Of a stretch of DNA of 64,000 nucleotides, positions 58,808 through 64,000 are shown in pieces. Every line of letters begins with the position of its first letter. The stretch's first letter is position 1. The position numbers and the translations under genes are program-made. The stretch comes from a bacterium (lineage in GTDB: Bacteria > Bacillota_I > Bacilli_A > RFN20 > CAG-288), in contig CAVFFP010000004.1 in NCBI GenBank assembly GCA_963621825.1, positions 71,718-135,717 on the forward strand, given 5' to 3'. The notes beneath the pieces are model-generated. The model was not told the origin of the DNA. It was given only the letters and a program-made list of their open reading frames with translations, and made no database searches.

Positions 58808-60574
58808 TTATTTGATTGCAGTTTCGAGCTTATCGACATCGTAGAAGGAAGTGTAATCGATAGCGATATCGACATCCTGTCCACCATCGACATTCTTTCC
58901 GTTAGAAGTGATGGAATAGTTAGAGGACATCGCCCAAATTCCACCATCGACAGCAACACTCGGAATGACGGCACAGTCGCCGCCACCGGATTTCTGACCG
59001 ATGATTTTGGCATAGCCTTTGTCTTTTGCAATACAGGGGAATGCGTTCGCACAGGAGAAGGAGAAACCAGAGGTTAGGATATAGAAGTTGTATTTTCCAC
59101 TGTAAGAATCATTGTCAGCTGTGCTTCCGTCAAGGTTGTTATCATAATTGACTGCTTCTGTGATTACAGCACCTGTCTGCGTGTTGGTGACAGTGATTTC
59201 AATCGGATCATCGGTTAAGAAGGATAAGGCTTCTGCCAGTGCCTGAGCGGCGCCTCCGCCATTGAGACTGATGTCGAAGATGACGTTTTTGACAGAGGTT
59301 TCTGTGGAAATTTTCTGGAAGGAATTGTAGAAGTTTGCGAATGTGCTGATTGTATCCTCCGCAACATTGTCTTTTGACAAAGTCGTAGCATGCGTGTTAA
59401 AGGAATCAAAATGGATGACAGCAGTTTGTTTAGAAGCGGAAAATTCCAAAAGTTCCGTGTCTTTTTTGCGGAGTGCGGTTAATGTCGTATACGTCTGCAT
59501 TGTGGTCGTGTATCTTGTATCATAGTTGAGTATCAATGCCATAAGACCTTTGTCGATTGTATAGTCGAATGTACTTGTCAATCCACGATGATAGAAGATA
59601 GTGTGTCCGCCATCATGGAATATCTCAATGACCGCTTTTGCCAGTGCTGCATTCGCAACATCGGAATCCGTGGATAAAAGTCCTTCCTTCAATCCGAGTT
59701 GAGATAACTTCTGATCGAGGTCAGAGATATTCAAACGAGAGAGGTGACCGTTGTAGTTCTCCATCTCGAAGAGGAAGCTTCCGTAGAAGTAGTTCACATA
59801 AGAGGGAGTGCGTGTCTTATTGCTGAGGCATCCGGAATAGAACATCTTTCCGAAGTTATTGAGCTCCTTGGTCGTGCTATCGACAAAGCCAGTAGGTGTG
59901 ACGAGATAATAGTCATCTCCATTGAATGCGCTGCGCATGAAAATCGGAGAGAGAACGATGTTCTCTAATACAGCGAAAGGCGCATAGATCTTGTCGTTGT
60001 AGGAGACAAGCTTCATGGAATAACGGTTTAAATCAAAGGTGATTTCTTTTCCTTTTGTATAGACCGTCTTTGCTGTATCTAGCTTTGCGATGCTATCGGT
60101 TGCGGCATCCACCATATCGATGGGGGTCTTTAAGGATGATGTGTAATTGGTGAACTGATCTAGATCCGATGTGGTAAGCTTGTTGTTCTTTACATCGAAG
60201 ACAAGGGAGGTGTCAGAGAAACGATTGGTTACAACACCATTAGAGACATCGAAGAAATCCGGTGAGTTTTCCATCAAGGATTTGGAGAAGAAGTTGACGA
60301 AGAAATCGTTCAGCTCGATGTAAGGGACGTCTCCAATCTCTGTGAAGAAGACAGTGGGAAGCGTGACTTTCGTCACTTCATTGAAATAGAATTTTGCGTT
60401 ATCGAGTTTCTTTGAGATGTGATAGTCGGATGTTGCTGAGGTAGAAGAGGTTTCTCTTTTCTGTGTATCACTATTTCCGGTTGTCTGACTATCTGTTGTT
60501 ATCGAATCTTTGTTGGACTGACAGGAGATGAGTAGGAAGGGGATAAAACTGATGATCCATAATTTGTGTTTCAT
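58808..60574 (-). CDS. Peptidase S41-like (C-terminal processing protease family) lipoprotein
   Basis: Lipobox LLISCQSN. VIFDISLNGGGAAQALAEALSFL matches the S41 (DxRxNxGG) region. Confidence 0.6.
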   Translation of the reverse strand: MKHKLWIISFIPFLLISCQSNKDSITTDSQTTGNSDTQKRETSSTSATSDYHISKKLDNAKFYFNEVTKVTLPTVFFTEIGDVPYIELNDFFVNFFSKSLMENSPDFFDVSNGVVTNRFSDTSLVFDVKNNKLTTSDLDQFTNYTSSLKTPIDMVDAATDSIAKLDTAKTVYTKGKEITFDLNRYSMKLVSYNDKIYAPFAVLENIVLSPIFMRSAFNGDDYYLVTPTGFVDSTTKELNNFGKMFYSGCLSNKTRTPSYVNYFYGSFLFEMENYNGHLSRLNISDLDQKLSQLGLKEGLLSTDSDVANAALAKAVIEIFHDGGHTIFYHRGLTSTFDYTIDKGLMALILNYDTRYTTTMQTYTTLTALRKKDTELLEFSASKQTAVIHFDSFNTHATTLSKDNVAEDTISTFANFYNSFQKISTETSVKNVIFDISLNGGGAAQALAEALSFLTDDPIEITVTNTQTGAVITEAVNYDNNLDGSTADNDSYSGKYNFYILTSGFSFSCANAFPCIAKDKGYAKIIGQKSGGGDCAVIPSVAVDGGIWAMSSNYSITSNGKNVDGGQDVDIAIDYTSFYDVDKLETAIK

Positions 60575-60778
60575 GGTTTGTTTCCTTTCTAGGGTTATTC
60601 TATTTTACTAAAAATCAACATATAATGAAAGATTCATTTAATGTTGTCTGAGGATGGAAAATCAACTTTTAAGTAAGCGCTTTACTGAATGCGGAGAATT
60701 AATAGACAATCATTATTCTTTAAACCAACCTTAAAAATATGATATATTAGCGCGTAATTAATTAATAAGGAGAGAATG

Positions 60779-63028
60779 ATGTCAAAATTCAAAACTGCGA
60801 TTTCATTCGGTCTTTCTTTCTTATTGTTTGCTACAGCCTCTTGTTCTGGAAACGATACCTCTTCTCATATCAGTGAGACAGAGAAGAATCAGACTACAGG
60901 ACTGACTGTCACAGCACTGAAAAAAGAATATGACCAATACGAGACTTTCCTCTATTCTTCATTGAAAGTCGACAAACTCTATTATACCGATGGCACATTG
61001 ACAAAGACGGAAGAAAACTTCAAGGATTTCACCGTCATTGACAAAAATGGAACTGTCATCAAAGACAAGGATAAGATCACTTCCGATATCTTCGGAGAAG
61101 AGGTTGAATTCTATGTTCAGGCTACAGGATGCGAAAAGCAAAGTTTCAAACTGACAATCAACAGAGCCAAGAAGTTCTCTCAGACTCTGAAGGTCACTGC
61201 TCCTAGTAAGAGCCAGTACAAGATTGGTGATAAAGTTGATCTGACAGGTCTTACCGTTCAGGTGGAAACCAGTTACTATACTGGAACGGACAACTATAAG
61301 AACAGAATCGATACCTTGACAGATGATGAGTATACGATCGATGTCAACGGAGATTCCATCGATTCCTTCACTGTGGATGGATATGGAGTCTATACGGTCA
61401 ACATCGGATATTCCTCCTTCTCCTCAGTCGGTCAGGAAAAGCTTCTCCATTCCGAGTTCTATCTCTATTGTGCTCATGAGTCGATCTCGACAGAACCTGT
61501 CGATTACTCCGACAGAACTGATAACGATTGGGAAGATGACAATCGCGAAGTCACCATCGAAATCAAGAACACGAACAAGAACAATACTGACAAAGGTTAT
61601 CTCTCTCCGGATGAGATAGCCACGCCGAAGAATCTCTTCGACTATGGACAGAATAATGCACAGAACTGGCAGTATTCTCCTGGTACCGGTAATGTTCCTT
61701 TCCTGATTATCCCTGTCGTCATCCCTGGCTATGATAGATTAGCCACATCTGACTTATGGAATACGATCAACAACGCCTTCTTTGCGGATAGCAACGACAT
61801 CCCATTTGAATCCTTGAGATCCTATTACTCTAAGTCCTCTCATGGGAAACTCAATATCACAGGAACGGTCACGGATTACTTCTTCCCTGAGAGGGAGACA
61901 GAAGACTTCAGCACTTACTTCGACTTTGCAAATCCGACCAAGCATATGGAGGATTTCATCGAGGAGGCGCTTGACTGGGCTAAGAACACCTATGATCTCG
62001 ATCTTACCAAATACGATAGCGATCATAACGGAATCATCGATGGAGCCTGGTTTGTCTATGTCTATGATCAACAAAGCACGGACATCATGAATTTCTGGGC
62101 CTATTCTTCTACAACGGGAATTGTCGGAACTCCGGAAGATCCGAAGATCAACAACTTCGGATGGTTAGGAAGCACGTTCTTACTCAATTCCGCAGGCGAA
62201 GACAAAGGAAATGACGGACATGTCATCATCCATGAATCCGGACATATGTTCGGCTTATCCGACTATTACTCCTACAATCAGACAACGAACGACCGCTATG
62301 CTCCGTTAGGAAGAGCGGATATGATGGATAACAACTGCTCCGATCAGAATCCTTTCTCTAAACTGATGATGGGATGGCAGAAGCCCTATGTCGTAACCGG
62401 TAACTGCACCATCACACTGAAAGCGGATCAGAACTTAGATCAGTGCATCCTCATCCCTTATGATGATCTTGATTATTCTTCCTCCTCTTATCAGAAAGAT
62501 GATCTTACGGATATCAACCTCTTTGATGAATATCTTCTCATCGATTTCTATACGGACAAGAATCTGAATGAGAAAGGATATGAGCAGTATTCTGTCGACT
62601 CCATCAAAGGATATGGTGTCAGAATCTATCATGTCGATAACCGTCTTGCAAAAGTTCTGACTAGAAGAAGTGATGATACCTATGAATCCGAACTCGTTTC
62701 TCCGGAAGAGGGTCTTAGACTCTTAGGAGAGAACAATCATGACATCATCAAAGCAATCAGCAATACGGAAAGCGGAGAAAGATGTGAATCGACACGCTTT
62801 GGACTTCCTTCTACTGCAAATTATTATGATGAGATTCGTCTCATCTATGCGGACAAGAGTTATGCCTCTTACCGCAATTATGCGAAGACTTCCTCTCTCT
62901 TTGCTCCCAATGGAGACCTCTCAGTCAATTCTACTTTCAGCTTAGAAGACTATAAGAGTCAGTTCGTCGATGGAAAGTTTGATTCCGGAAAAGACTTCAA
63001 TTATACCGTGAATATCTTGAACTACTAA
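60779..63028 (+). CDS. Zinc metalloprotease lipoprotein, immune inhibitor A (M6)-like
   Basis: Lipobox FATASCSGN. HExxH in VIIHESGHMFGLSDYY, close to the InhA HEFGHxLGLPDEY pattern. Alternative ATG at 60776. Confidence 0.6.
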   Translation: MSKFKTAISFGLSFLLFATASCSGNDTSSHISETEKNQTTGLTVTALKKEYDQYETFLYSSLKVDKLYYTDGTLTKTEENFKDFTVIDKNGTVIKDKDKITSDIFGEEVEFYVQATGCEKQSFKLTINRAKKFSQTLKVTAPSKSQYKIGDKVDLTGLTVQVETSYYTGTDNYKNRIDTLTDDEYTIDVNGDSIDSFTVDGYGVYTVNIGYSSFSSVGQEKLLHSEFYLYCAHESISTEPVDYSDRTDNDWEDDNREVTIEIKNTNKNNTDKGYLSPDEIATPKNLFDYGQNNAQNWQYSPGTGNVPFLIIPVVIPGYDRLATSDLWNTINNAFFADSNDIPFESLRSYYSKSSHGKLNITGTVTDYFFPERETEDFSTYFDFANPTKHMEDFIEEALDWAKNTYDLDLTKYDSDHNGIIDGAWFVYVYDQQSTDIMNFWAYSSTTGIVGTPEDPKINNFGWLGSTFLLNSAGEDKGNDGHVIIHESGHMFGLSDYYSYNQTTNDRYAPLGRADMMDNNCSDQNPFSKLMMGWQKPYVVTGNCTITLKADQNLDQCILIPYDDLDYSSSSYQKDDLTDINLFDEYLLIDFYTDKNLNEKGYEQYSVDSIKGYGVRIYHVDNRLAKVLTRRSDDTYESELVSPEEGLRLLGENNHDIIKAISNTESGERCESTRFGLPSTANYYDEIRLIYADKSYASYRNYAKTSSLFAPNGDLSVNSTFSLEDYKSQFVDGKFDSGKDFNYTVNILNY

Positions 63029-63042
63029 AAAGGAGAAAAAAC

Positions 63043-64000
63043 ATGAAAAGAAAGAATCTGAAACTCATTTCCCTTCTTGCTCTTGTCACCATGATGGCAT
63101 CCTGTGGCGAGAAGACATCCGACACCACGTCTAACAACACAGGAAACACTGCTGACACCACCACAACCGATAAGAAGCACACTTACGACAATACGATCTA
63201 TGGTATCACCGATTACCTGATTGATGCTGCCAATGCGGACAACTACACCGTCAGCTATTATTACGAGGATGAAGAAGCCTACTTCAAGTATGATTCCTAC
63301 TATGTCTATGGTTCTTTGATCGATGGCGGATACATTGTCGTTGACAATTTCTTCTCTGAGGGAGAAGGAGCTTTATTCTCTTTTTCCAACAACGAAGAAG
63401 AGAAGTCTGTCGACTTAGGAACTATCTACGCTCTTCAGTCTTCTGGAAAGGTCTATTATCCTGGCTCGACATTGACCGTCAATCCTTTGAAGTATTACAC
63501 CGCCGAAGATGGCATTGGCGGTTTGATCTATGACTCTCTCTTCACCGAAGAGAACGGAAAGATCATCTCTACCGATAAGACTTTCAACTATTATCTTGCT
63601 GCCTTAAGCGGATATCAGAGCTATATCGAGGAAGGAGATTCCCCGGCTATCTCTCTGAAGTATCAGAACAATACTCTCATCTGCAACCTTATGGTTTACG
63701 ATGAGGACAATACAACACTCATCGATTATCAGGGTGCCGACTTCGTTATCTCTGATGTCGGAACAACAACATTCGCAAACGGCTCTAACTTCCTGAAGTA
63801 CAGCGCCGCTGACTTTGCTTCCTCCCCGGCGTTCGAAAACAAGAACTGCCCGGAACTTCTCTCTGACAAGTGGTCTTTGGATATCACCCGTTCCACAATC
63901 AACAAGGACAATTCCAAGTCTGTCACCGCTACCGTTCAGTACAATTTCGATAACGAGACAGAGAAGAAGGGTGTCAGCTGGGAACAATTCGATAAGAACG
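63043..64000 (+). CDS. 3'-truncated lipoprotein gene (runs off the window end)
   Basis: AAAGGAGAAAAAAC RBS then ATG. Signal peptide MKRKNLKLISLLALVTMMASCGEK. The frame stays open to 64000. Confidence 0.6.
   Translation, partial: MKRKNLKLISLLALVTMMASCGEKTSDTTSNNTGNTADTTTTDKKHTYDNTIYGITDYLIDAANADNYTVSYYYEDEEAYFKYDSYYVYGSLIDGGYIVVDNFFSEGEGALFSFSNNEEEKSVDLGTIYALQSSGKVYYPGSTLTVNPLKYYTAEDGIGGLIYDSLFTEENGKIISTDKTFNYYLAALSGYQSYIEEGDSPAISLKYQNNTLICNLMVYDEDNTTLIDYQGADFVISDVGTTTFANGSNFLKYSAADFASSPAFENKNCPELLSDKWSLDITRSTINKDNSKSVTATVQYNFDNETEKKGVSWEQFDKN

Noticed and set aside
1-64000. Search for CRISPR arrays, tRNA/rRNA genes, transposases, integrases, phage genes and toxin-antitoxin pairs
   Set aside because: No direct-repeat/spacer arrays and no cloverleaf-compatible GC-rich 70-90 nt intergenic segments. 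No DDE or tyrosine-recombinase motifs in any frame. All intergenic regions are short AT-rich promoters or terminators.

Overview
This 64 kb window reads as chromosomal DNA from a low-GC (about 40%) Firmicute with standard code 11 translation (TGA is a stop here, not Trp). The most likely source is an Erysipelotrichia- or Clostridia-like anaerobe, but that is an inference from gene content and the many cell-surface lipoproteins. The window is densely coding, with roughly 55 CDS. I found no rRNA, tRNA, CRISPR array, transposase, integrase or other mobile-element signature.

Ordinary housekeeping content:
- HIT hydrolase.
- A Gram-positive-type Fe-S cluster assembly operon, sufC-sufD(short)-sufS-sufU-sufB.
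- mnmG.
- An ABC-F ATPase.
- An NAD salvage operon (Isf-like flavoprotein, pncB, nadD, nadE).
- An L-rhamnose catabolic island (DeoR-family regulator, rhaA, rhaD, rhaB and a divergent FucO-type lactaldehyde reductase).
- Two SDR oxidoreductases.
- tcdA.
- A P-type cation ATPase.
- A TetR-family regulator.
- A MATE efflux pump.

Accessory-looking content:
- 12363-20249: four large surface lipoproteins, three of them translationally coupled in one minus-strand operon. One carries BspA-type leucine-rich repeats.
- 28739-32757: two lipoproteins with Big_2-like (bacterial Ig-like) domains.
- 52146-64000: a lipoprotein/protease cluster. It holds a PTP-like phosphatase lipoprotein, a lipase-like lipoprotein coupled to an HTH-fused polytopic membrane protein, a peptidase S41 lipoprotein, an immune-inhibitor-A-like (M6) zinc metalloprotease lipoprotein, and one further lipoprotein cut by the window edge.

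The best candidate for a novel system is a tightly coupled six-gene minus-strand operon at 21670-26891. It encodes, in order:
- a CooC-type (MinD/ParA superfamily, CxC-motif) ATPase;
- two 2-hydroxyacyl-CoA dehydratase/benzoyl-CoA reductase (HgdB- and HgdA-like) subunits, one with an unusually cysteine-dense motif;
- an HgdC-type [4Fe-4S] ATP-dependent activase;
- a 59-aa membrane peptide that the six-frame track does not list;
- a 235-aa protein I cannot place.
No CoA-transferase or acyl-CoA dehydrogenase partner is nearby, and the window contains no CO dehydrogenase for the CooC-like protein to mature.

Several Rho-independent terminators sit between convergent gene pairs and look bidirectional.
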